A stretch of 64,000 nucleotides of DNA from Convolutriloba macropyga. Taxonomy: Eukaryota. Below the pieces are notes generated by a model that saw nothing but the letters and a program-made list of their open reading frames with translations, did not search any database and had not been told where the DNA came from. The position numbers and the translations under genes were made by a program. Position 1 is the first letter of the stretch. Each line of letters starts with the position of its first letter. Location: positions 14,136,001 through 14,200,000 of the forward strand of contig NC_134473.1 in the NCBI RefSeq assembly GCF_964194025.1, written 5' to 3'. Positions 12,328 through 25,200 of this stretch are shown here, one piece after another.

Positions 12328-14894
12328 ACAAGCGCGCGTTAATGTGCGTTCGCACATGAAATTCCGACCCGAGCTGATCTACTTTTTTGAATTTATTGTC
12401 AACCAAATGAAGAGATAACCAAAAATAGATGTTTGAGTTTTAAAAAATTGGTTCACACCCAAACTACAAATTGAAATACAAAATACTATGCCTCAATACA
12501 GCGCTCACAAGATTTGCCAGTCAAAAGAACTACGACACAAAAAATTCAAACAAAATAAATAAAATTAAAAAATAACGGTAAAAACTCGATACCTAAATGC
12601 AAAAGAACCTAGTAAAACCGTCAAAATGCAATCAAATAAAACTATAACTGCACAAATTTTCTTTTATCTTAACTACACAGCAGATTGAATTTATACTTTT
12701 TGAGACTAGGTAACAAGTAAAAAGAAGAGAAACTGTGATCTCCAAAATCGAAAATCTATCGACATGTTTTAAACGGAATAATTTCAAACGATGTAAAAAT
12801 CATTAGCTTTTAAAAAAAAATTCTGAATAAATGTAGTAAAGAGTCATTACGAAATTGATAGAACCTGTTTTTGTTTATAAAAAGCCGTAGAATTGGACTA
12901 AAGATGCAGAAGAGCTCACAAATTACAAACAATCTGCGAAATTATAGATTTTGAAGCCATTACAATCGTTAGCTATCATCTAAATAGTGTTTTTTTTATT
13001 TCAATTTTAATTTGTAATAAATGAAATAAACCTATATTGAACATTTTAAATAAGTTCACTTGGGCCTCATTTGAAACAAATGGGATCTGTCATAACGCGA
13101 AAGTTGTAAAAGAAGAGAAAAAAATCATAAACATTGTCCACTCACAAAACTTTTATGAAAATGCATTTTGTCCCACAAACCAAACATCAATCACGACATA
13201 AAATTGATAGAAAATCTATTTTTTGAATTACAAGGAGTTAGATGGGACCTCTCATTGATGAGAATCAGTTACAACTTGACGAAAAGAACAACAAAAGCTA
13301 TACAAAAACTATACAAGAATCAAACAACGAAAAATTAAACAAATTTTTGAAAACGATTAATATCATAGGCTTTGAAAGTATTCGCTATGAATCGACTGCA
13401 TAGAAAAACGTCCCTCATACACTCCTCAATTAAAAGCTTATGAGACCTCTCAGCAGTTTACGACTACATAAAGAATAAAAAACCAGCAAATGAGACAAAA
13501 GTGTCGAAGCCGTTGAGAAAGAATTTTTCAGTAGAAAGGTTTCTATTTTCAGTTAATTTTCTATCAACAATTAGATTCTTCTTTGTTTAACTATAACACT
13601 TCAAAAAATCAACAAGTACGAACAAATATTTTAAAACTACGAAATCTTCGAGAAAACCCCGTAATTTCAACGACATTAAATTCAATAGCTTTCAAAGGAA
13701 GTCAATGAATACGCTACTTTATGCCTCGATGAGAAAAAATGCTGTTGTTGACCTGTCATCACTAAGTCATCAGAATAAAACTTGTGACTGTCAAAACGAT
13801 TACAACTACAGGCAACAATCAAAAAATCATTAGAAAAGTGCGAGAAGAAAGTGTCAAAGCAATTTATTCCACAAAAATTTTTATGAAAACGTTATCCTTG
13901 AACCTTTTAACGTCTTTCTCGAGCCAAGGGGAACTATCAATGTTAGGATAATCTGATAAGATTCCAAAAGAAAAAAAATTATGAAAAAATAAGAAAAAAT
14001 TTTTTAAAAAATATATGAAAACTCGTCGCATCGAAGTCATAAAACCAATTGAAGATAAAATATTATTTTTTAAGTCTTAACTTATTTTTTAAGTCTTAAC
14101 AAAAAATAAGTTAAGACTTAAAAATTATTTTTTAAGTCTTAACAGCCATTAGCTGTCCACTCAAAGCACTAAATATGTTCACTTAATGCTCATTATAAGA
14201 CTATTTGCACTATTAGTCAACCTGTCTATGGCATAGCTCTTCAAAACTCAGTAAAATCTCAAAAAGAAAATCAGATTTTCATTGGAAATAACGAACACTC
14301 AGAGTCGAAGCCAAAAAAATGAGCGATTCCTTGAAAGATAATTTTCTGTTCATTGAGCATCATTTGACAGCAAATGACGTTTGTCATTGACGGAATTTCG
14401 ATATGAAAGGTGAGACTATTCTCTTAGTGACTTAAAAAAAACAAAAAATTAATAATTATTCTAAAAAGTACCTCTCAAATAGAATCCTAATTTTTTTCGA
14501 TAGTAAATTTCCCTATGAGACAAGAACTAGTCTTTTTTACCAGCTTTTCGTCTATTGAGAAGACCAAATTGATGCATTTTCTAGCGTGAAAGGTATTTTT
14601 GAATCAAATTTATCATAGAAAAAATGTTTATTCGAACAAGAATTACGCTAAAAGTGAACAAAAGTAAACCAAGTATCCCGTGTCCACATGAAAATTCAAG
14701 GCTTGATAACGCCTCGAAAAAACAAAATTCAAAAATTTTTTTTAGTTTTGAATTTTACGCTGGACGAGCTTTTAAATGATACCACTCACATTTCTGTACG
14801 TTGAATATATCGATCGGCCAAAATTGTGTACGCAAAAAAAATCCATTTGAGTATATAGCTCCTTCCCCAACAAGTGGGGTCAGAACAAATATAA
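12328..14894 (-). mobile_element. Helentron/DINE-1-like element, copy 3 (diverged)
   Basis: acaag...atgtgcgttcgcacat hairpin with ttccgaccc at one end and ggggtcagaaca at the other; 14740-14860 matches 7555-7670. Confidence 0.7.
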
Positions 14895-15299
14895 TAACTT
14901 TGGCTGCAAACCTTTGTTCGGTTGCAATTGTTATGATACCGAACTTCCAACTGTTTGAGTCGCTTCCGGAAATAGACCCGTTACATTTTCTATTTCCTTG
15001 ACAAGATTTTTGTTAAAACTATATGATGTCAAGATAAGTACAAATTTGTGTTTTGTTCATGAACTAATTCATACAATTTTTACTGAATTGCGCGCGTGAG
15101 TCAACCAAAAATTAATATTGTGGTGAGGTGGAAACATTCACAAACCTTTCTCATTTTGTCACCTTACTTTAGGATTTTTCAGAACAAGAACTTGAGAAGT
15201 ATATGGCTTGACAAATGTCATCGCAAATCATAGAGTTCAATTGAAGAACCTGGTTAACCGCTCTTTTAAGTTGTTTTCCTGATAAAAGAAAACGACGGA

Positions 15300-15622
15300 C
15301 CCAGAAAGCAGCAAATTGGACTTCTTAAGACCAAAAAGACTATTAGTCGACCGATGTTGATCGCGGTCGACCCTATCTTTTGGTTCAACTGTACCGGATA
15401 TGAAAAGACCGTGGTCGATTGATATGGGGTATTAAAAGACCATTACTCGACCTATGAAAAGACTGTGGGTCGACCGATATTGGGTATGGAAAGACCGTTG
15501 GTCGACTTATGAAAAGACTTACTACGAGGCCAACCGTGTATTTAAAGTAGAGAAATACCCCAACCCCCCCCCCAAGTTGACTTTATAAGTGTTTTCATAA
15601 AGTCGACCTCTCAACTAAGGTT
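15300..15622. mobile_element. MITE of the 'atgaaaagac/gtcgac' subrepeat family
   Basis: Repeated gaaaagac...tcgac units, a C-run, then inverted ttttcataaagtcgac; homologous to 56395-56650. Confidence 0.55.
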
Positions 15623-15852
15623 GTTTCCCTGAGACTGGACCACGGAAAAAACGGACAATTACAGTTTGCCATGTTAATCAAAAGTTCCTTTTTGGTGAAC
15701 GTCTACAGAGAAATTCAACAGCGAGTTGATAATGACAGTGCTATTAGATGAACAGAGGAAAATTAACTTTGTTTCTGTTTCAGAAATTTTATGAATAGTA
15801 TGAAATTATTTTAAAAAAATGTTGAAACGCACCACAATTTTAAAGCAGGATA

Positions 15853-16444
15853 CCCGTGTGAGGAAAACGACAAACAAAAGACAATATTTTTTTAAGAAAT
15901 CTTAGTTTTTGTCGTTTTGTCGTCGTTTACGTGGTTTTATCGTCGTTTTCTTCATTTTCATTAGTTTTCGTCGTTTAAGTCGTCTTTTAAGTATAAGAAA
16001 TGATCGGTTCTTCGTCGTCTTTTTCAGGTTTCTTACGTCGTTTGTTTTTCAAATGAAATCGTCGGTTTTGATCGTTTTTTCGTCTTTTTTTGTCGTTTCT
16101 TACGTCATTTTTTTCTCAAATGATATCGTCGGTTTTTTGATAGTTTTTTTTGTGGTTTAATGGCTCTTGAACTAGTTTTTCTCTATTAGATTGTTTTGGC
16201 ATAACCGTATTATGGCCTGAATGCGCAGTTGTCATTGCATCGGGTAAAATTTCGGGAGTTTAATGGATCGAATCCCAGCGGGGATCACGTTTTTTGTCGT
16301 TTTTCGAAAAAAAAGATCTTCAATCTTTTCCTACATAAAAATAACGACGATTACCACGTAAGGGCTTTGATCCTTTTTGTCGAACGAAAACGATTAAAAA
16401 ACGACGATTTCTTACAAGTGAAAAACAAAATTCCTCAACACGGT
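15853..16444. mobile_element. MITE with CCC-start TIRs and aaaacgac/gtcgtttt subrepeats
   Basis: cccgtgtgaggaa ... ttcctcaacacgg inverted termini; many cgtcgttt units in both orientations. Confidence 0.65.
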
Positions 16445-17156
16445 TTATCAAGTTGAAATCAAAGCAGACAAACAGATGAAATTATTGTATAATTCACTAT
16501 AGAATAATTGAAAAAATTGGTTCTTCATCGACAATTTCCTCTTGTAAACGAAGAATAGCAACGAGTGTACCGAAAAGCTAAAAGGCAAACTTACTGTCTT
16601 TTTCCAAGCAAACAGCAAAAAACATCAATCAAGAGAAGATTTTAATTTCTTTGGAAATTACGTCTCAGCGGCATATAATTTTTTGTTCAATTAACAACCT
16701 GCAGAAAAAAAATCGAAATCTGCATAGTTTGGCAGATGGGCAACAGTATCTTTCGTTTTGTTTTCCCCAAGTTTTTTCAGAAATTGTCTTCAGCGTTATG
16801 AAGTGCTTATAAAAATATTTTCTCTTTAAACGTCATTTTATTTTTTGCACATTTTAAATTAAAACATTTTTACTAATTAAAATTTTGGAACAGCAAAACT
16901 TCAATTATAATCCAAAAGTAAACATGCTTTGTCTCGATAGTTAATTAAGCAAGCTAATAAAATATTCTGTTGGAGTTCTTTGAGTCTAAAACATCTCTCA
17001 AATCTTGAACTCGCTTGACTTGAAGATTTTGTTAAATTTTTTCAGCACGAATCAACTAAATTGTTAATCAAACATCTAAGTTGATTGTACCACAACGAAT
17101 ATTTTCAAGCCTGCATTGTTTAATTACAAAATTTAAAAGCTTAGTAAACGTCAATT

Positions 17157-17566
17157 ATGGTCGCGATTTTCTTTAATGTCTCTGAGCGATTTTTGCAGTG
17201 GTTTTTGTACGTTTTTAATGTAATACTTGTCATTGTAGCATTAGTATATATTATCTTAGGAGGTTGGATATTTAGCCTACTTACAAGTTATGCTGTTTTC
17301 GACATACAAAAGGTTGCAGCAATTAATGGAATTTTATTATCCTCAGGATTGCTTTTAATAATCGCTGTGATTATTGGTTATATCGGAATATGTGGCGAGT
17401 ACAAAAGGTTAGTGTATGCCTATTCCGGGATGCTGGGTATCCTAATGCTGCCAGTATTAGCTGTTGGATGTTATGCGGTGTTAATGGGTGAAGATGTGAG
17501 GGCAGATCTGATAGGAAGCATGAACAAATCATTGGAGGACTACACAAAGAGGGAAAATATCAGAGA
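17157..17566 (+). CDS. Tetraspanin exon 1 (TM1-TM3 and start of EC2)
   Basis: ATG, three hydrophobic segments, FLQWFLYVFN and IGYIGICGEYKRLVYAY motifs typical of tetraspanins. Donor AGAGA|gtaagt (phase 2). Confidence 0.93.
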
Positions 17567-17620
17567 GTAAGTAGAATAAAATCAGAATTGAGCTTAACTT
17601 GAGACGAAAAAAATGTGTCA

Positions 17621-18408
17621 CCCCGGATGAGGTGCGCAGATCAGATTCCCATCCAAATTCCGGTTGTCCACCATAAAAGAAACTAACCAATCAGAAAATG
17701 TTTACGGAAACTTACTAAGCATACAACGATAAAAAAGTTTTAGTTTGGTGGCTGAACATTCCGCAAAGCCAATTGTAGTTCCAAAACAACGGTTTTGGGC
17801 ATACTCTCCAGACAATGGAAGCGTTTTTGATCAGTCCGTATGGAATCGGACCATGTTCAGACTATCCAGATCATACCACAAACCTATCCTGACCTAGAAC
17901 ACTCTATGGTCAGAATATCCTGGCTCTGGATGGGGCTCTGATGAGCTCAGCACATACGACCTGGATAGTCTGATCAGAGCAGTATCTACGGTCAGTGCCC
18001 AGAGCTCTAACCCGGAAAACGTTCTTTCCCCAGAAAGAAAACTACTAAAATTTTTTACTGAAGCACTCAAAAACTGTACACATAAATTGACGTCAATTTT
18101 TCTGAAAAAATTCTTTAAGCCAATGATTACTGCTACTTCAACAGTTTCGGTCGGTGTACCCCAGTTTGTAACCCAAGTAAGTCTGGCACCATCAGTACGT
18201 GACCCAAGTTGGCATTACTATGGCACCTCTAGTGGGTAACCCATGTAGGTCTGACAGCCCAGCGTGCAACCCAAGCGGTTCTCATAGCTCTATTTGAGAC
18301 TCGAATTTAACTGGTCAGACCCGATTTCGGCTTGATGGTCTGGTACCTCCTGTGCACGGCGCGTGTAGTCTGATCAAAGCTGGTGTGAGTCGCACACCTC
18401 ATCCTGGG
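17621..18408. mobile_element. MITE with 17-bp CCC...GGG TIRs and 2-bp CA flanks (EnSpm/CMC-like)
   Basis: ccccggatgaggtgcgc vs gcacacctcatcctggg (15/17 inverted match); tctgatcaga/ccagac motifs shared with 61679-62617. Confidence 0.7.
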
Positions 18409-19509
18409 CAATAATCCTATCCGGGAAAAATTGATGGTAATGCCTTGCTGAATTTACTTTTCAACTGACATTGCAAAGAGAAAATTAATTGAAAAAAACT
18501 TTGGTTTGATTTTGTTTAAAAGTGACAACTTCTTTTCTCTCTTCGAGGTTGCGTTTTCTATTGTATAAGTGACATTTGGTTATAAAAAATCTTTTAATTT
18601 TTAATTTTGGTGGCGTACATTTTCGTGAAGTGATTGCTCTAATCTATCAATAACTTTTAGTTGACGACCTCTGCAAAAAAGATTTGAAATCAATTACATA
18701 CAAAGTATAAAGATTTAGAAGAAGAAAAGTTAAAACTTTTATACCTGTTTTATAATGCAATCAATCCTCGTTAAATATCAAATATTCAAATTTGCTGTAG
18801 TTTTCAAATTTGATGATATAATGAAGCTTAAAGAATTGAAACTGCTTTTTCCCAAAGTCTTGATTGCTTATATTTACTTATTTCGGAATTGCAATCTTCG
18901 AAATGTTTCTGAATAACTCTTGTTTTTTTTTCAAAAGCAATTGAAATACATGTTTTCTTTTAAAGTCGCCACTTCAAGGAGCTTGTCATCACTGTCGTCA
19001 ATTCTTTTTACTGTTGCACGAATACTAATGATTCTGATATGTTAAGCTTTTTATTGAAATCTGAAAAGCGTTTTCCTTGTTGATCGGCTTTCGAGTTTCA
19101 TTTTTGTTCAATCTACCTACTTTGAGTAAGGATCTAAACATTTATTGTTTTCGCCTGAAAAGGCAAACAGTTCTGCTCTATTGCCCCAAAAATCAAAACT
19201 TCCAAGAGTAATGAAACGTTTCTCAGAACAAACTGGCAAGAAATTTCCAGTTTCAACGAATATTCGCTGGTTAATTTATTTTGGAGTTAAAAATATTGAT
19301 TTTTTTAGACAGTAATTGGAATACAATGCATAATTGACTACATACACCTGAAATTGAGTTTCCATTTTTGCATTGCGCTAACCTGCAAATTTGTGGTAAA
19401 AATTAGTTCATGTCGAAAATAAATTCAGAAACGTCATATTGTTTAATTTTTTGGTTGAACTAAAAGCTGAGTGAATTTTTCACAATTTGTTTAACCTTTA
19501 ATTTTACAT

Positions 19510-19709
19510 NNNNNNNNNNNNNNNNNNNNNNNNNNNNNNNNNNNNNNNNNNNNNNNNNNNNNNNNNNNNNNNNNNNNNNNNNNNNNNNNNNNNNNNNNNN
19601 NNNNNNNNNNNNNNNNNNNNNNNNNNNNNNNNNNNNNNNNNNNNNNNNNNNNNNNNNNNNNNNNNNNNNNNNNNNNNNNNNNNNNNNNNNNNNNNNNNNN
19701 NNNNNNNNN
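19510..19709. other. Assembly gap
   Basis: 200 N. Confidence 1.
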
Positions 19710-21330
19710 CAAAAATCAGCCGCAACCCTTAAAACTTAGACAAAAATCTTGTAAACCAACCCACCCCCATTCACCATATTTTGATGTCAACTCTGAGACA
19801 TGAATACGGGACCATAGGAAGCAAGAAAACAAAATTTAAAATACATATGATGCACCCACTATTCATTTCTTAGTGCAAAAATCCCTGAAATCGACCTAAA
19901 TCCCCATTCAACCCCCAAAAATTGACACACCAACATCTGAACCACCCCACGCCGTGCAACCAAATTTTGTTATGAGTTCTGGGACATGCCTAAGAGACTC
20001 ACAGACTGCAAAAGAAGAAGTCTTGAAGAACACATGATGCATCCACTGCTCAAATCTTACGGCCAAATTGGCCAAAAGACCACCCCCACTCCACCGAAAC
20101 CACATGCCAACTCGTTAACTACCCAGCCCCCCCTTACGATATTTTGACATGTGTTTTGGGACATGACCAGGAGACCCCCAAGGCACCATGAAACAAATTT
20201 CAATTTATACATGATGCTCCCCTACTCAATTCTTACTGCCAAAATTTGGACAAATTGGCCAAATTACCACCCTAATCCACCGAAACCAGACCCAAACTCG
20301 TTAACTACCTAACCCACCTTCACCAAATTTTGGCATGTGTTCTGTGACATGTCATGGTGACTGCCAAAGTACAATGAAGCGTTTTTCGAATAATGAATGA
20401 AGCACCCCCTACTGAATCCTTATGGCCAAATTTGCTCAAATTGGCCAAAATAGCGTCCCACACAACAGAAAGCACCCCCCCAACTTCTGGACCACCTAAC
20501 CCCGCGACCTCAAATTTTAACATGTGTTCTGGGATATCATTACGGAACTCCCAGACCACAAATCAACACATTTACAACAATATATGAAACCTGACATGTC
20601 AATTTACCCTTAAAATGAGGTCAATTGGGGTCAAATACAGACCCCGCGACATGAACCCCCAAACTCCCGAAGCAACAACACAAACCACACCACATTAACA
20701 CAGAAGTTGTGGGGCATCATTACTGAACTCATGGGGTCTATTACAGCCCAGTAATACCCGTGAAGACATCAGAATTGTGAAATTTGGGTGAAAAACGATC
20801 AAATTGACTCAAATAGCCCCCCACCCGACATGACCCCCCCAACCCCCCAAGCACCCCCACCCCCCCGACCAAATTGACACATAAGTTGTGGGACATCATT
20901 ACCGAACTCATGGGGCCTATTACAACTCAGTAATACCCGTTTAAGACATCAGAATTGTGAAATTTGTGTGAAAAACGCTCAAATTGACTCAAATAGCCCC
21001 CCACCCGACATGACCCCCCCAACCCCCCAAGCACCCCCACACCCCCGACCAAATTGACACATAAGTTGTGGGACATCATTACCGAACTCATGGGGCCTAT
21101 TACAACTCCGTAATAACCGTTTAAGACATCAGAATTGTGAAATTTGGGTGAAAAACGCTCAAATTGACCTAAATAGCCCCCCCACCCGACATGACCCCCC
21201 CAACACCCCAAGCACCCGTACCCCCCAACCAAATTTACACAAAAGTTGGGGGACATCAGTAGGGAGCTAATGGAGTGTATTACAGCCCAACAATACACGT
21301 TATAACAACAGAATTTCACCATTTGCTGAG
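19710..21330. repeat. About 180-bp C-rich tandem array (about 9 units, the last 3-4 highly similar)
   Basis: gacatcagaattgtgaaattt at 20765, 20945 and 21125; degenerate t(g/c)tgggacat anchors recur at about 180-190 bp back to the gap. Confidence 0.85.
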
Positions 21331-22219
21331 AAGAATTGGGCTAATATGGCAAAAATAATACTCCCAAAACAGTCAAATATCTCCAAACTGGCTGCAACAA
21401 ATTTGTTCGGCAATAGCGCAAATCAAAGGTCGTTTCAAGCTGCGTTCATATCATTAAACCATTCTGAAATTGATTCACAAACTTCAGAGAAATTCATGAT
21501 ATAAGGTTCCGTACCAAATACCCATATTACCCACTTCTTCATCAGGTTATACAGTTATAACTTCATCAAATCAGAACTTTGAACAATGAAACTTTGTGGG
21601 AACCTTTGTGGGACTATGACAAAGCTATACATTAACAAAACTCCATTAAAATGGGCCATTAACACACTTTTCTCACCCAAAACAGGTCAAGTACCTGTCA
21701 TTTCGGGCTGAACCCGACTTCAAGTATACCGGCCAATTTCTCAACAGTGGCTCAGAAAACACTATAGGAAACTTATATGGGCTGAAAGAGCAGTTCAAAC
21801 TACGCTTCATATCCAAAGATGGTGCAAATCGGTGCATTTTTCACGGAGATATTAAGGTATAAAGGTCCCGTACCAAATCGAAAAATTTGACCAGGTACAT
21901 CTGACGTTTTGGGTAAGTTCCCTTCGAAAACCCGTTACACCCATAAAAATTTATACTGTTCTGAACTCAGGGGATAATGGGGAATCTGAAACACTATAAC
22001 ATGTCTACAAAAACTCATTTTTTACAACAACGAAATTTGGTGCCCTAGAAGGCAAAATAACCCAAATTTAGGACAAGTTTCTTAATGAATTTCAACCGTA
22101 GACCACGATATCACGTTCTCACATTCAAAGGGAATTAAGAGTAGCTCACCACGAGTTGAATGATACCATTCCTGTTAAATTTGGCTCAGTAGTTTTTGAG
22201 TATTTTGAAAATTACTATC

Positions 22220-25200
22220 ACTTACCCCAATTTTTACCTCAAAAATTGAGGTTCTGTGCCAGTAAACCGGCAAAATCACCCTTCAAACTGTTGAATCAAG
22301 CTGTATTACGGTTACCATGGCTTAGTAATTAACTACCATGGCCATAACACCTTTACCCACGGTTGGGAAACATGTTCCCAACCGTGGGTAAAGGTGTATT
22401 TTGGTTGTGTAGAAATTCGAAGAAAAAAACGATATCCGAAGTGGGTAAAATTGGGCAAAACAGGAAATTGTTGATCTGATACAAATTATTGTCACCAAGG
22501 GCTCTCTAGGGTATAAACTAGGGAGGGAGAAGTAGAATCAGCTATCTGTTTATTGTATTTTTGTTTTTTGCACAGGAAATGTCAAAATTCGTTGAACAAG
22601 ATATTACCAACTGAACAACATTCGGATTCAGAACCAATGGTACATATTTTGCAAAATTATATAACTGGACACCCATATAAACAACAGAACTGCTCAATTC
22701 GGCTTAGGAGATCATTTTGTTGATGATTATGAAGTCAGTCTGTCTTGAAACAAACAAAATAGCGCTTTTTTGGTTAAGAGAAAAACTGAATTTTGTTTTT
22801 CAAAATAGCTTTTGACTTGAACACCAGAATGTAGTTGGCATTGAATTCTGCAATGGAACAACAAATAGGCTTATAGAGATATTGCTTTTGCTACAGTGTC
22901 AATACTGCTGAGGATTTGTTACTCAAAACCAAACAAGAAACAAATTTTTCAAACCAAAAAAAAAACAATTGACTCTGTGTTGACATAAATATATGCAAAG
23001 CTGGTTTATATTCGAAGAAAAAATACTGGTTTGACAAGGAATACTTTGAGTATCTAATCATGTCTACTCATTTAATAGTTTGAAGAGAATTTCGAAAATT
23101 AGTACCACAATTGTTTTCTCGAAATTGAGGTTCTGAGCCAGTAAACCAGTAAAACCACACTTCAAACTGTTGAATCAAGCTTTATTCTGGTTACAATGGC
23201 ATAGCATGGCTTATCAGTTAGCTACTGCGGCCACAACACCTTTATTCATGGTTGGGAAACATTTCCCAAACGGTGGGTAGAGGTGAATTTTGGTTGTAAA
23301 AATTCGAAGAATAAAACGATTTCCAAAGAAAGTAAAAATGCTCGAAACAGGAAATTGTTGATCTGATTAAATTGTTGTCATCAAGGGCTCTCTAGTGTAT
23401 AAACTAGAGCGGCAGAAGTTGAATAAATTATCTCTAAATGGGTTTTATTTTTTTGAACCGGAAATACCGAAATTCGTTGAACAAAATATTACAAACTGAA
23501 AAACATACGGATTCAGAACCAATAGTGCATATTTGCTAAATTTTATAAAATTGACACCCATATAAACATCAACGCTACTCAGATTCTGCTGAATAAATCA
23601 ATTTCTTCTTGATTCCAAAGTCTGTCTGTCTTGAAACGAGCAAAAAATTGCTTCTTTGATTTAAAAAAAAAACTGAAGTTTTTTTTACAAAATTGCATTT
23701 TAGCTGAAAATCAGAGTACAGTAGGCGTTGAAGTATATTGAAAAAAAATGATACTACTTTAATAAGGAACATTTTAAGTATCTAATCATGACTACTCAAT
23801 TTAGTTGGAAGATAAATTTGAAAATAAGACCGCTTACCACAATTTTTTCCTCGAAAACTGAGTTTCTGTGCTAATAAACAAGTGAAACCATTTTCAAACT
23901 GTTGAATCAAGCTGCAATCTGGTTAGCACGGCTTAGCAGTTAGCTACCGCGGCTGCAACATTGTTATCCGGGGTTGGGAAACAAGTTCCCAACCGTGGGT
24001 AAATGTGTATTTTGGTTGTATAGAAATTCGAAGAAAAAAACGATATCCGAAGTGGGTAAAAATGCTGAAAAGAGGAAGTTGTTGATCTGACGCAAATTAT
24101 TGTTACCAAGGGCTCGCTAGTGTAACAGCTAGAGAGTGAGAAGTTGAATAAGCGATCTGTTTATAGTGTTTTAGTTTTTTGCACAGGAAATATTAAAATT
24201 CGTTGAAAAGGATATTACCAACTGAACAACGTTCGGAATCAGAACCAATGGTCCATAAATTAATAATTTGTAAAATCTGGACACCATTTAAACAGCAAAG
24301 CTACTCAAATTCTGCTGAATAGATCTTTTTGTTCTTGATTCTGAAGTCAGGCTGTCTTGAAACAACCAAAAAAAATATCTCCTTTTTTGTTTAAAAAAAA
24401 CTGAAGATTTTTATTCAAAATTGCATTTGAGCTGAAAACCAGAGTACAGTAGGCGTTGAATTCTGCGATAAAACAACAAATAGGCCTTGCTAGTTGTTGT
24501 TTTTGCTACAGTGTACAAAACTGATGAATATATATTCCTCAAAACCAAACAAAGGCAAATTTTTCAATGCTATAGAAAAAGAAAGAAAAAAGGAATTGAT
24601 TCTGTGACGTAAAAAATTGGCAAAGCTTATTTATTTTCAAAGAAAATAATACAACTTGACAAGAGACATTTTTAGTATCTAATCCTGTCTACTGAATTTA
24701 GTTGGAAGACAATTTTGAAAATAAGACCGCTTACCACAATTTTTTTCTCGAAAACTGAGTTTCTGTGCTAATAAGCAAGTGAAACCATTTTCAAACTGTT
24801 GAATCAAGCTGCAATCTGGTTAGCACGGCTTAGCAGTTAGCTACCGCGGCCGCAACATTGTTATCCAGGGTTGGGAACCAAATTCCCAACCGTGGGTAAA
24901 GGTGTATTTTGGTTGTATAGAAATTCGAAGAAAAAAACGATATCCGAAGTGGGTAAAAATGCTGAAAAGAGGAAGTTGTTGATCTGACGCAAATTATTGT
25001 TACCAATGGCTCGCTAGTGTAACAGCTAGAGAGTGAGAAGTTGAATAAGCGATCTGTTTAGAGTGTTTTAGTTTTTTGCACAGGAAATATCAAAATTCGT
25101 TGAAAAGGATATTACCAACTGAACAACGTTCGGAATCAAAACCAATGGTCCATAAATTAATAATTTGTAAAATCTGGACACCATTTAAACAGCAAAGCTA

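Noticed and set aside
15909-16160. Apparent membrane-protein ORF
   Set aside because: Translation of gtcgtttt MITE subrepeats.
16195-16290. Possible tRNA gene
   Set aside because: Only a B-box-like stretch; no acceptor or anticodon stems can be built.
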